64,000 nucleotides of DNA from an uncultured archaeon (lineage in GTDB: Archaea > Thermoplasmatota > Thermoplasmata > Thermoplasmatales > Thermoplasmataceae), in NCBI GenBank assembly GCA_000965745.1, contig CP009479.1, positions 1,504,001 through 1,568,000 on the forward strand. Direction: 5' to 3'. Each line of letters starts with the position of its first letter. The stretch's first letter is position 1. This document shows, one piece after another, positions 18,379-28,056 of the stretch. The position numbers were made by a program, and so were the translations under genes. The notes under the pieces are model-generated. The model searched no databases. It had not been told where the DNA came from and worked only from the letters and a program-made list of their open reading frames with translations.

Positions 18379-18471
18379 ATTACAGTATGCTTTTAAATTA
18401 TAGCTTGTAGTGTTCAGTGAAAATTATGCCATCGACCAAAAATTAATTAATCCGCAGAATGTTTTGGCAGA

Positions 18472-19362
18472 GTGGATCCGGTAAAGGTTGGCAAAGTTAA
18501 GGAAATCTACGACGAAGGCGAAACACTGCTTTTTAAATTTACGGACAAGATCTCTGTCTTTGACAAGATCATCCCCTCGCTCATTCCACACAAGGGAGAA
18601 TCTCTGTGCAGGACAGCAGCATTCTGGTTCAAGGTTGCCGAGGAATCTGCACACGTGAAAACCCACTTCAGGGAGATGCCTTCAAAAGATGAGATGAGAG
18701 TTACAAAATACTTTGTTCCAGACCATAAAGGAAATCCTTTCGAAGTTGAGTATGTAATCCCAATTGAGTTCATCACAAGGTATTATGTTGCCGGGTCCCT
18801 CTACGACAGGCTGAAATCAGGGGAGGTAAAGCCCATAGACATCGGACTGAATTCCATGCCTGAATACGGGGAAGAGCTGGACGACCCATTTTTTGAAATG
18901 ACCACGAAATATGAGAAGTTTGATCGCCCGCTGACTGTCGGTGAAGCCATGGAGCTAGGGGGCATGAGCAACTCAGAGCTCGTCGAAATCAAGGAAGTGA
19001 TCTACAAGATCGACAGGCGCATGAACAAGCAGGTTCGAAACAGAGGACTCATCCACGTCGACGGAAAGAAGGAATTCGCCTTCGGGATCAGGAGGGCGCC
19101 TGTTGTCATAGACACCTTTGGCACTGCAGACGAGGACAGGTTCTGGGACCTTGAGGAATACGAGAAGGGCAATATTATTGACCTCAGCAAAGAGTTCGTC
19201 AGGCAGTATTACCGGGATATCAGTTATCACGAGAGGCTTTACGCCGCAAGGGAAGCCGGAGAAAAGGAACCTGATATACCTGCCCTTCCGGATGAAATGA
19301 TAAAGAAAACATCTGATCTTTACGTATCCATGTTTGAGAGAATAACCGGGCAGAAGTGGTAG
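18472..19362 (+). CDS. purC: SAICAR synthetase
   Basis: GKVKEIY, DKISVFD, DGKKEF and SKEFVRQ. Confidence 0.95.
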   Translation: MDPVKVGKVKEIYDEGETLLFKFTDKISVFDKIIPSLIPHKGESLCRTAAFWFKVAEESAHVKTHFREMPSKDEMRVTKYFVPDHKGNPFEVEYVIPIEFITRYYVAGSLYDRLKSGEVKPIDIGLNSMPEYGEELDDPFFEMTTKYEKFDRPLTVGEAMELGGMSNSELVEIKEVIYKIDRRMNKQVRNRGLIHVDGKKEFAFGIRRAPVVIDTFGTADEDRFWDLEEYEKGNIIDLSKEFVRQYYRDISYHERLYAAREAGEKEPDIPALPDEMIKKTSDLYVSMFERITGQKW

Positions 19363-19374
19363 GAAACCTCTACT

Positions 19375-19770
19375 CTATTGTATGCCCAGGTCAATCTGTG
19401 TTTCTATGTAATGCCAGAGATGGTGCTCGATCTCATAGGACCATAGCGCTTCGGGAACTTCAATAAAAGCAACCATGGGGCTGAGGAAGAACGCTTCAAT
19501 CGAGGCGACACCAAGATTCTTAAGCCATTTTCCAACACCGATCCTGATCTTGAAATCGTTGTGATCTCCCTGTATTACAACCGTAAGTGCACGATCCATG
19601 GCAAGAAGTGTCCTCATTACTCCTCCCTTCCTGGCCTGTATCAGGGTGCCATGAGGGTGTTTCGAAGTCTGGGTTCTGAAACCTTCTTCCTTGAAAAAAT
19701 CAACAATGAGCTCCGATAGGGTGTCTAGATTAACGTCTTTTGCCTGAAATTCCCTGATTGCACTCTTCAT
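19375..19770 (-). CDS. Hypothetical protein
   Basis: Clean ORF between purC and a divergent gene. Confidence 0.7.
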   Translation of the reverse strand: MKSAIREFQAKDVNLDTLSELIVDFFKEEGFRTQTSKHPHGTLIQARKGGVMRTLLAMDRALTVVIQGDHNDFKIRIGVGKWLKNLGVASIEAFFLSPMVAFIEVPEALWSYEIEHHLWHYIETQIDLGIQ

Positions 19771-19880
19771 ATAACTGTATCTTAACGGATTACAAAATAT
19801 GATCGCAAATTGGTAGAAATCGAGAAATTCAGATTTCCAGAAAACCTAATATACCATGGATAGATATTAAGCTGATAAAA

Positions 19881-20363
19881 ATGGACGAGGAAGTCAGGAA
19901 CAATGAAGAAAAGGAAGAAGAAAGAGTGGAAGGAGAGAAGAAAAGCGTCTCAATTAAAGGGGTGAAGAAGGACGTATACAACAGAATGATACAGATGGCC
20001 AGAGACAGCGGAAGGACCCTTGGAGAATTGACCAACGACGCATACAGGACATTCATAGGGACAATAGACGGGGCAAAGAATGTCTCGCAGAGCTTCGTGG
20101 AAGGCACCAAAGCTTCTAGAATAACTGCCATTGAAAACATCAGAAACCTCACCCTGACAAGCAGGGATCTCGAGGAGATAGGACACAGGGTAGATCTTCG
20201 CAACATAGATGACCTTGATCTAAGCGATGTTGATGATGAAACCTTTGACAAGTACATTCACCAGATCACGGGAATAAAAAACCTCAGTATCTCATCCGAA
20301 CTGAAAAAATCCAAAGTTCTCCTGAAAGCGAGATTTATCGATAATATCATACAGAGGAAATAA
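19881..20363 (+). CDS. Hypothetical protein with RHH-like N-terminus
   Basis: SVSIKGVKKDVYNRM..MARDSGRTLGEL..DAY. Confidence 0.7.
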   Translation: MDEEVRNNEEKEEERVEGEKKSVSIKGVKKDVYNRMIQMARDSGRTLGELTNDAYRTFIGTIDGAKNVSQSFVEGTKASRITAIENIRNLTLTSRDLEEIGHRVDLRNIDDLDLSDVDDETFDKYIHQITGIKNLSISSELKKSKVLLKARFIDNIIQRK

Positions 20364-20466
20364 GAAGGTTTTCCCCTTATTTCCTGCATTTTTACCAGCC
20401 TTTGCCAGGCATGCCATTTTACTTCCAGTCAAATTCATGTGTTTTTGTTTTGCCGTATAAAATTTA

Positions 20467-21135
20467 ATGCAGGATCAGCTATTCCATATCCTCATGGTCT
20501 CCGCAGATTACAGCATACTTAACAGAAATCGTATTTCAGGCACCAGCCTGGAAAAGGTGATGGCAATCGATCTGGAAACCCTTGTAGATAGGTATAATGG
20601 CTTCCTTACAGGTGAGAGGATCATAGCCATATCTGTGAGCATGGGCCATCCCGACATAGAGACCAGGGTCATGGTAGCAGAGGAAGACTCCAAGAGTGAG
20701 GAGGATAGAATTATCAGGGAATTTGACAGTATGCTGGAAGAGCGTGACCCGGATGTTCTGATCGGCTACAACCATACTGGATACGATTTACCCCTTCTTC
20801 AGCTTAAGATGAGAAACAGGCCCTATAGTCAGCAGTTCTGGAATCTCAAGTATTACCTTGGCACCGCATATACAATGGATATGATGTACGTTATTGCCCA
20901 TGATCTCCATACCAGCGGCGAAAATTTCAGAATAAGAAAGCTTAGGGATGCAGTTAATCATGAGAAATATGAAAAACTCCCTCTTATGAGGGCAAAAGAC
21001 CTTGTTGTAAACCCCAACATGAACGTTGGGGAAGCGATAAAGAACCTATGGCTTAACGACAGGAAAAATTTTGAGGCTTACTGCCAGGGGGATACCCATG
21101 ACATTCTCAGGATATTCTATTCAATATTTGGTTAA
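20467..21135 (+). CDS. Stand-alone DEDD 3'-5' exonuclease (RNase H-like)
   Basis: ExoI DLET, ExoII GYNHTGYD and ExoIII YCQGD. Confidence 0.8.
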   Translation: MQDQLFHILMVSADYSILNRNRISGTSLEKVMAIDLETLVDRYNGFLTGERIIAISVSMGHPDIETRVMVAEEDSKSEEDRIIREFDSMLEERDPDVLIGYNHTGYDLPLLQLKMRNRPYSQQFWNLKYYLGTAYTMDMMYVIAHDLHTSGENFRIRKLRDAVNHEKYEKLPLMRAKDLVVNPNMNVGEAIKNLWLNDRKNFEAYCQGDTHDILRIFYSIFG

Positions 21136-21162
21136 TCCGGGGAACTTCAGGCGATATTGTAT

Positions 21163-21585
21163 CTATATGTCGCCAAACCTGCTTATGAGATCTGTCAGGT
21201 TGTCCATATAATCCCTGAATATTCTCAGAATGTCCTTAGACGTTATAACGCCAAGCAGTCTGCCATTTTTCATGACAGGGATCCTCCTGATGCCCCTCTC
21301 ATTCATGACAGATACGACCTTTTCGGTTGGTGTATTGGGCTCAACCCAGAAAAGCTCCTTTTGCATGATGTCCCCGAGTGCTACATCATCGGGGTCTAAC
21401 CCCTTAGAGATTATCTTCGAGATGAAGTCCCATTCTGTGACAATTCCCGCCGGAACTCCATTTATGTCAACCACAATGAATCCCTGGTGGTCATTTGCCA
21501 TTATCTTTGCGGCATTTGAGGCCTTGATTGTCGAAGACAGTGTACTGTGAGCCTTCTGCATTATATCCTGGGCATACAGAACCAT
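21163..21585 (-). CDS. CBS-domain protein
   Basis: GIVTEWD, IRRIPV and GVITSKDI. Confidence 0.9.
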   Translation of the reverse strand: MVLYAQDIMQKAHSTLSSTIKASNAAKIMANDHQGFIVVDINGVPAGIVTEWDFISKIISKGLDPDDVALGDIMQKELFWVEPNTPTEKVVSVMNERGIRRIPVMKNGRLLGVITSKDILRIFRDYMDNLTDLISRFGDI

Positions 21586-21624
21586 GTCAGGTAATTTATT
21601 CGAAATATTTAAGACAGATGTATC

Positions 21625-21858
21625 AGACTCCTTTGTGAACCGCGGAGTTTAAAATCGGACGGGGTACTCATGACTGAGTAGCATTTCATTCGCGCTGTCC
21701 AGGGCACCAACTACTTCTTATGTTCTCTGCAGACTCGGGTCCAGGGGGGGTCTCTTGGAAAACTTTCCCAGGAGCATCGGCTTACCTCATTCATATGCAT
21801 TTTCGGCAGAACGTTCTGTCCGGCCTGTTCCGACGACAACGACGTCAGCTTGACGCGC
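21625..21858. ncRNA. Candidate multi-hairpin structured RNA
   Basis: GC-rich intergenic stretch with a closing stem (21655-63/21824-33) and hairpins at 21665-80, 21752-74, 21805-20 and 21843-55. Confidence 0.4.
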
Positions 21859-21908
21859 AAAATAATAAGAAACTGTTTAATAGGTTGTTAAAATAGAGGA
21901 GCGTTATT

Positions 21909-22556
21909 ATGGTGGACATTATGGACCAAAGGCTACAAACTGGAACAACCACTGTCGGCATTATCGTTAAAGACGCCGTTGTCATGGCAACTGAAAGGAG
22001 AGTGACAATGGATCACTTCATCATGCACAAGGACGGCAAGAAACTTCACCAGATCGACACACACGCAGCTATGACCATTGCAGGGCTTGTGGGCGATGCC
22101 CAGGTTCTTGTGAGATACATGTCTGCAGAACTTGAGCTTTACAGACTCCAGAAAAAGGTCAACATGCCTATATCTGCAGCTGCAACATTGCTTTCAAACA
22201 TACTCAACCAATCCAAGTTCTACCCCTATATGGTTCAGATACTGATAGGCGGAGTAGACAAGGAACCACATATATTCTCTGTAGATGCTGCAGGAGGGTC
22301 GGTTGAGGACACATATGCCAGCACAGGTTCAGGATCCCCGTTCGTCTACGGTGTCCTTGAAAACGGATATAGAAAGGACATGACAAAGGATGAGGGTATT
22401 GAGCTAGTAGTGAGGGCCATAAGTGCGGCCAAGCAGAGAGATTCTGCCTCGGGCGGAGTAATAGACGTTGGAGTTATAGACCGTAAAAATGGATTCGTAC
22501 AACTGCCAACGGACGATGTCCTGAACAGAATCAACAAATTTGACCTAAAACTTTAA
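21909..22556 (+). CDS. psmB: Proteasome subunit beta
   Basis: Propeptide followed by TGTTTVG; GSGS; RDSASG. Confidence 0.96.
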   Translation: MVDIMDQRLQTGTTTVGIIVKDAVVMATERRVTMDHFIMHKDGKKLHQIDTHAAMTIAGLVGDAQVLVRYMSAELELYRLQKKVNMPISAAATLLSNILNQSKFYPYMVQILIGGVDKEPHIFSVDAAGGSVEDTYASTGSGSPFVYGVLENGYRKDMTKDEGIELVVRAISAAKQRDSASGGVIDVGVIDRKNGFVQLPTDDVLNRINKFDLKL

Positions 22557-22610
22557 TCATTCCCCACCTTATATATATTAATCAATCAATGAAACGGAGC
22601 GTTTTACGCA

Positions 22611-24530
22611 ATGTCTTTTAGAGACTATTTATCAGAAACAAGGAGCTTATTCGATAAGCTCTACCCGGACAATCAGATCACCGAGGTCGACTACGAAGGA
22701 CCAACAATCGTCCTGTATACAACAAACCTTGATCTATTCTCAAAAAGGGATGATCTCGCCAGGCAAGTTGCACAGGAAATAAGAAGAAGGGTCAACATCA
22801 GGCCAGACCCTTCCATACTTGGTGATGAAGAAGAAGCAAAGAAACAGATTGAGTCAATAATTCCAGAGGATGCAGGTATTCATGACATTTATTTTGAATC
22901 AGACACCGGTGAGGTCGTAATAGAGGTGGATGAGCCTTCTATTGTAACTTCAAAGAATTCAAACTATATATCTGAGATCAAATCGGAGACAAAGTGGTCC
23001 CCTAAGGTCGTGAGAGCCCCTCCGATTTACTCCAGAACGGTAAAAGAGATGAGGGAGCTCCTCAGGGAATTCAAGACAGAAAGGAAGTCTTTCCTTCACC
23101 AGCTTGGAGAGAAACTTAATGCTCCTCCAATGCCAGGTGAAACTTGGATCAGGGCAACTGCCCTCGGGGGCCACAGAGAAGTTGGAAGAAGCGCCACACT
23201 TATTTCCACGAACAACTCGAAAATACTTGTGGACTGCGGTATGCTCAACGTGACTGAGGATGATCAGCCATGGTCAGAGGCCCCATACCTTTATCTTCCT
23301 GAAATTCAGCCATTTTCTAATCTTGATGCCATAATCCTTACTCATGCTCATCTGGATCATTCAGGCCTGCTTCCAATTTTGTACAAATATGGTTATGAAG
23401 GGCCTGTTTACATGACCCCTCCAACAAGAGATCTAGCAGCACTTCTTCAGAACGATTACATAAAGGTAGCCCACGCTGAAGGGAAAAAAGCGCCGTATGA
23501 ATCAAAGCACATAAGGGATGAAATCAAGCACTCCATCGTCCTAAGATACAATGAAACAACGGACATCACAAGAGATGTGCGCCTGACATTCTACAACGCC
23601 GGCCACATACTAGGGTCAGCATCAGTCCATCTTCATTTTGGCGAGGGAATGTACAACGTTGTTCTCAGCGGAGATGTCAAGTTCGAGAAATCCTGGCTCT
23701 TCAACCCTGCAAACAACAAGTTCCCGAGGGTAGAGGCCTTTATGACAGAGTCCACATATGCCGGAAGAGACGATTATACAAATTCAAGGCCGGAGGCATC
23801 CAGAACTCTAGTTGATATAGTCAACAGGACATTTGACAGGGGAGGTTCAGTTCTGGTTCCCGTGTTTGCTGTCGGGAGGTCCCAGGAAGTAATGCTTGTT
23901 CTGGAGGACGCAATCAGGGACGGAAGGATAAAAAATGTCCCGGTATACCTCGACGGCATGATCTGGGAGGCCACCGCAATTCATGCAGCATATCCGGAAT
24001 ACCTGAACAGGGAACTGAGAGAATCCATAATGCTGAAAAGGGAAAACCCTTTTTTGAACCCGATCTTCAGGAAGGTAGAATCCAGGGACCAGCGTATGGA
24101 GATATGTGATTCCAACGAAAACCAGATCGTACTCGCAACCTCGGGTATGATGAACGGCGGACCTGTCATGGAATATTTCAGGAATTGGGTCGATGATAAG
24201 AAGCATTCGCTCGTTTTTGTGGGATACCAGGCGGACAGAACTTTGGGAAGAAGGATCCAGAGAGGTTCAAATGAAGTTTCACTATCAGAGGGCGGAAGGC
24301 AGAACAAGTATCCAGTAAACATGGCAATTGAGACTGCAGAGGGCTTTTCCGGGCATTCTGACAAGAGGCAACTGCTGGCATATATCGCAACAATGCAGCC
24401 CAAGCCACACAAAATACTCGTCAATCATGGCGACGGTGAAAAGGCAGCAGACTTTGCAAGGCTGGTCAAGTCAAGATTCGGTATAGATGCAGTAGCAATG
24501 AGGAATCTCGAAACTACAAGGCTCTACTGA
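22611..24530 (+). CDS. fttA: Beta-CASP ribonuclease aCPSF1 / termination factor FttA
   Basis: N-terminal KH domains, EVGRS, HAHLDH, AGHILGS and GFSGHSD; adjacent to psmB. Confidence 0.93.
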   Translation: MSFRDYLSETRSLFDKLYPDNQITEVDYEGPTIVLYTTNLDLFSKRDDLARQVAQEIRRRVNIRPDPSILGDEEEAKKQIESIIPEDAGIHDIYFESDTGEVVIEVDEPSIVTSKNSNYISEIKSETKWSPKVVRAPPIYSRTVKEMRELLREFKTERKSFLHQLGEKLNAPPMPGETWIRATALGGHREVGRSATLISTNNSKILVDCGMLNVTEDDQPWSEAPYLYLPEIQPFSNLDAIILTHAHLDHSGLLPILYKYGYEGPVYMTPPTRDLAALLQNDYIKVAHAEGKKAPYESKHIRDEIKHSIVLRYNETTDITRDVRLTFYNAGHILGSASVHLHFGEGMYNVVLSGDVKFEKSWLFNPANNKFPRVEAFMTESTYAGRDDYTNSRPEASRTLVDIVNRTFDRGGSVLVPVFAVGRSQEVMLVLEDAIRDGRIKNVPVYLDGMIWEATAIHAAYPEYLNRELRESIMLKRENPFLNPIFRKVESRDQRMEICDSNENQIVLATSGMMNGGPVMEYFRNWVDDKKHSLVFVGYQADRTLGRRIQRGSNEVSLSEGGRQNKYPVNMAIETAEGFSGHSDKRQLLAYIATMQPKPHKILVNHGDGEKAADFARLVKSRFGIDAVAMRNLETTRLY

Positions 24531-24669
24531 ACGGACTTTGAAGGTTTGAGGAACATTCGTGAAATACCTTAAAATAGCACATTACCCACGAGTACCCCAA
24601 CCCTGAAAATGGTCCATTTTGGACAATTGTACCAATAAGTGAATATATACCATTTCGAATCAACTGACT

Positions 24670-26448
24670 ATGGCTAACAAAATAGCGATCACAGCTATAG
24701 CACTAATAATGGTAGTATCCGCGGTCTCCGTGGTTGCTACAGCCGACACAAACAGTGGACAACAGCCAATAAAACTGGGAAACTACTCATTCAGCGACAA
24801 CACATCGACTAGCGCCATTCTCAATCTGAGCTATAAAACAGACAGTGGAAACTCATTGATTGCCAAATCCATAGACACAATGGGCAACAGCGCAGCACTG
24901 AGCCTGCCATCAGGTTCAGACTCAAACAGCATAGTTTTGAACAATGTAACGGTGACATCAGCAGGAAGCGAGAATGTTATTCTCTTTTCTACCGTGGGCT
25001 CACAAATCACAGGGAACCCGACAATGGCCTTCAACCTTAATACAAACGTATCCCAGGTAAACCTGACCTCAAACCAGTACAGCTATCTGCAGAACCACTC
25101 AAGCAGAGTTCTGACAGACTTTGTTTCACATCCGATATACGATCTGCTGGTTAATGGAACAACCTTCTATCTGTTTTCGAATGCTAATTCAACAGCAACT
25201 AAGGACTCAGTAACTTACCATGACAGCACTATCCTGCTCGGATCAAAGCTCATCGTAGGACTCAGCTCAGCAAACGGAATCAAGGACAGAGTTGAAAAGG
25301 AAATGGAGCACCACAAGTCCGCCTCGCCGTTTACCTACAACAACACAACGGGGCAGCTGACCGGAAGGTTTGTCTCCATGCAGTACAACGCAACTGCTGG
25401 TACGATATACAACTACATGGACAGCATGGGTAACATGACAATATTCAACAGCATAAGTGCAGCAGGAAACGGATCCATAGGCAACACCTACCTTGGGCCG
25501 GTATTCCCAACGCTTCAGCCAATAGTGGCAGGCAGTGTCTTCTACTATTCGAACAACACAGTGGTCTATCAGATGCACGACAACCCCGCCATGGTTTCAA
25601 ATTACTATCTGAGCAACGGCACCCTTACAATGAACGTATCCTCTGGCCTCAACGTAAGCACATACAACCCGCCAAAGGAAGACGTCTCACATCAGAGCCT
25701 TCCAGCGAACTTCTCGACAAACGTAGACCTTGGTGATCAGTACGATGTCCAATCCTCATCTACTATCGTGTTCCTTCACAACAATACATTCACGGGTTCA
25801 ATATTCGTCAACGGGGCAAACGTTTCAGTGAACGGCAGTTCGGTATCTATCTCAACAAACCAGACAGCGCACATAACATTTGTCGCACCTCCAGGACTCC
25901 AGAAGGTCAAGAGAAGTGTTGAAAGCGATCTTCAATACGGCATAAACCATGGAAAGCTTGCAGCAGTCCTGGTCCTTGGGGCTCCTGGCCAAAGCAGCAG
26001 CAATGTTAGCGTCAACTACAATGGATCTATGCAGATTGCTGTTCAGAACGTGACGGCTAACAAGGTACTCCTGAAAGTCAGCTCCAAGATGCACGAAGGA
26101 AACAACTTCGCCATCTTTGTTCCAAACAATGTGATACAGAACAACTCAAAGATTACAGTCAAATTCGACAACCAGACAATAACACTCACCAGCGGAGTGG
26201 GGTCAGTCATAAATGCTACGAGCACTACTCAGGCATCATTCTATTACGTGACGACAAATGGCGGAACACTGGTAGTGATACACGTGCCACACTTCTCTAC
26301 CCATTCCATTGAGATAGTGAACAGTGCTGTTAGTCCGTCCAGCCCATCAGGCTCCATGCCAAACGGAGAAATCCTGTATATTGGACTGGGCATAGTAGCA
26401 GTCATAGCTGTGATAGCAGGCGTGTCGCTAACAAGAAGAAAGAGATGA
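24670..26448 (+). CDS. Secreted, C-terminally anchored Ser/Thr/Asn-rich surface protein
   Basis: Signal peptide, many N-x-S/T sequons, VPHFSTHS motif, TM helix plus RRKR tail. Confidence 0.85.
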   Translation: MANKIAITAIALIMVVSAVSVVATADTNSGQQPIKLGNYSFSDNTSTSAILNLSYKTDSGNSLIAKSIDTMGNSAALSLPSGSDSNSIVLNNVTVTSAGSENVILFSTVGSQITGNPTMAFNLNTNVSQVNLTSNQYSYLQNHSSRVLTDFVSHPIYDLLVNGTTFYLFSNANSTATKDSVTYHDSTILLGSKLIVGLSSANGIKDRVEKEMEHHKSASPFTYNNTTGQLTGRFVSMQYNATAGTIYNYMDSMGNMTIFNSISAAGNGSIGNTYLGPVFPTLQPIVAGSVFYYSNNTVVYQMHDNPAMVSNYYLSNGTLTMNVSSGLNVSTYNPPKEDVSHQSLPANFSTNVDLGDQYDVQSSSTIVFLHNNTFTGSIFVNGANVSVNGSSVSISTNQTAHITFVAPPGLQKVKRSVESDLQYGINHGKLAAVLVLGAPGQSSSNVSVNYNGSMQIAVQNVTANKVLLKVSSKMHEGNNFAIFVPNNVIQNNSKITVKFDNQTITLTSGVGSVINATSTTQASFYYVTTNGGTLVVIHVPHFSTHSIEIVNSAVSPSSPSGSMPNGEILYIGLGIVAVIAVIAGVSLTRRKR

Positions 26449-26506
26449 TAAATAGATAATAATCAACACATTTGATCTGCCCCACCGGAATTTGGAACAC
26501 TTTTTC

Positions 26507-27382
26507 TCATTTTTCATCTAGTGCTACCTCCATTTCTTTCGATTCAAATCTTTCCCTGAATGCCTGATCATCCCGGAACTTCCTCCTGAACTCCCTTGGA
26601 GGAAGATAATCAATGGATGAATGCGGCCTGCATTCATTGTAGTCGGTGAACGCCTTTTCTATTGTCCTGGATACTTCACTGAAATCCCTGAACTCGTTTG
26701 GCCAGATGTAATCTGTCTTTATGCTGTTGTGGAAGGACTCAATGTTTCCGTTGTCCTCTGGAGTGTGTTTCTGGATATACTCCAGCCTTATCCCAAGGAG
26801 TTTCATGGCGTTCCTGAACTCATGGGATTGATACTGGGGGCCATTGTCAGTTCTCAGTACCAAGTTCTTTGGTACTGTACCATTGAAAGCAAGAAGAACA
26901 GCGTTTTCCACCGATCTTACGGCATCTTTTGCCATGCATGACCTGGAATAATGAAAACCCTGCCATTCCTTCGTGAAACAGTCCTTTATACACATCAGAT
27001 AGGTCATTCCAGAATCAGTGGGAATATACGTGATATCAGTTTCCCAGAGTTGATCAGGACCATTTGGACGGAAGAGATTCCTGGACTTTGTTCTCCCTCT
27101 GTGTTTTGATGCAGGAAGGGAGAGATTGTTATCCTTCAGCACCTTCCTGACAGTTTTCTGGTTCACCTTCGTACCTTGGTTCCTCAGTATTGCCCATACT
27201 CTCCTGTATCCGTATGTTGGCCTTTCGGAAGCGATATCCCTGATCTTGCTCTGCACAGATAGATCAAGCCTCTGAATATGTCTCTTCCTGGGTGCGTAAT
27301 AATATCCGGACAGTGAGATTCCGGATATTCTTGATGCGTTTCTCAGAGACATCATAGGTTTCAGATCTTCAAGAACCATCAT
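26507..27382 (-). CDS. IS3 transposase OrfB (DDE)
   Basis: YGYRR, WETDITY, RTDNGPQY, NGNIESF and YN..RPHSS. Confidence 0.94.
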   Translation of the reverse strand: MMVLEDLKPMMSLRNASRISGISLSGYYYAPRKRHIQRLDLSVQSKIRDIASERPTYGYRRVWAILRNQGTKVNQKTVRKVLKDNNLSLPASKHRGRTKSRNLFRPNGPDQLWETDITYIPTDSGMTYLMCIKDCFTKEWQGFHYSRSCMAKDAVRSVENAVLLAFNGTVPKNLVLRTDNGPQYQSHEFRNAMKLLGIRLEYIQKHTPEDNGNIESFHNSIKTDYIWPNEFRDFSEVSRTIEKAFTDYNECRPHSSIDYLPPREFRRKFRDDQAFRERFESKEMEVALDEK

Positions 27383-27657
27383 CTTGACCTCCCTTGTAGC
27401 CTTTTTTTAAAAGCATCTATCACCAGGCTCTGGTCTCCTATGATCTTCTTGAGGTCATCGATCTCCTCGTCCCTGCTGTCAGAATTCCTTCTCTGAGCCA
27501 GTGCAGATTTTCCTCCCTGGATGAACTGTTCTCTCCACTTGCTAAGTTGCACAGGATATATGCCGTGCCTCCGGCATATCTCCGCCTGTGTCACATTGTC
27601 TGAGAAGGATTCCATGACGATCTGGAACTTCTCCTCAGCCGAATATTTGGACTTCAT
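27379..27657 (-). CDS. IS3 transposase OrfA (HTH)
   Basis: YSAEEKFQIV...ICRRHGI...LSKW; A7G slippery run at 27401-27408. Confidence 0.92.
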   Translation of the reverse strand: MKSKYSAEEKFQIVMESFSDNVTQAEICRRHGIYPVQLSKWREQFIQGGKSALAQRRNSDSRDEEIDDLKKIIGDQSLVIDAFKKRLQGRSR

Positions 27658-28056
27658 GAAGAGACCTCCATGTTCCGGAAAACCACTTTTCGCATGCTCT
27701 TTATGTATCTGTTCTTGTCTATAATATTAATCCTAGAGTGTTCCAGTCCTATGATGGTTCGGTTCAACATTTTTTATATTCCAAAAATTTATTTTTCTTG
27801 TATATTTTATTTCGGCCTATGGAAAAATAGGGCCATGCAGCATTCCATACGTATTTATGCACCAATTTTCTTTCAATGCGCCCGGATTGTAATTCTCCCA
27901 TGATCCTCTTTGCATGGCATCTTTATGGCACTTAACTCAGACGCACACGTAAAACAGCCAGTGGCCCGCCTTCTGCGCCGTGAAAAAAACGCTGAACATA
28001 TAAGGTATCTAGCTAATGAGAAGAATTCTGATAGAAACAATACAGGTGACAAAAAA

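Larger units (their letters stand above)
26473..27766 (-). mobile_element. IS3-family insertion sequence
   Basis: TG...CA ends with imperfect TIRs sharing TGGAACACT; 5-bp target duplication ACATT (26468-72 and 27767-71). Confidence 0.93.

Noticed and set aside
21625-21858. RNase P or SRP RNA
   Set aside because: Only a GGCTTA fragment is present. The GAGGAAnnTCC core and the SRP helix-8 motif are absent.
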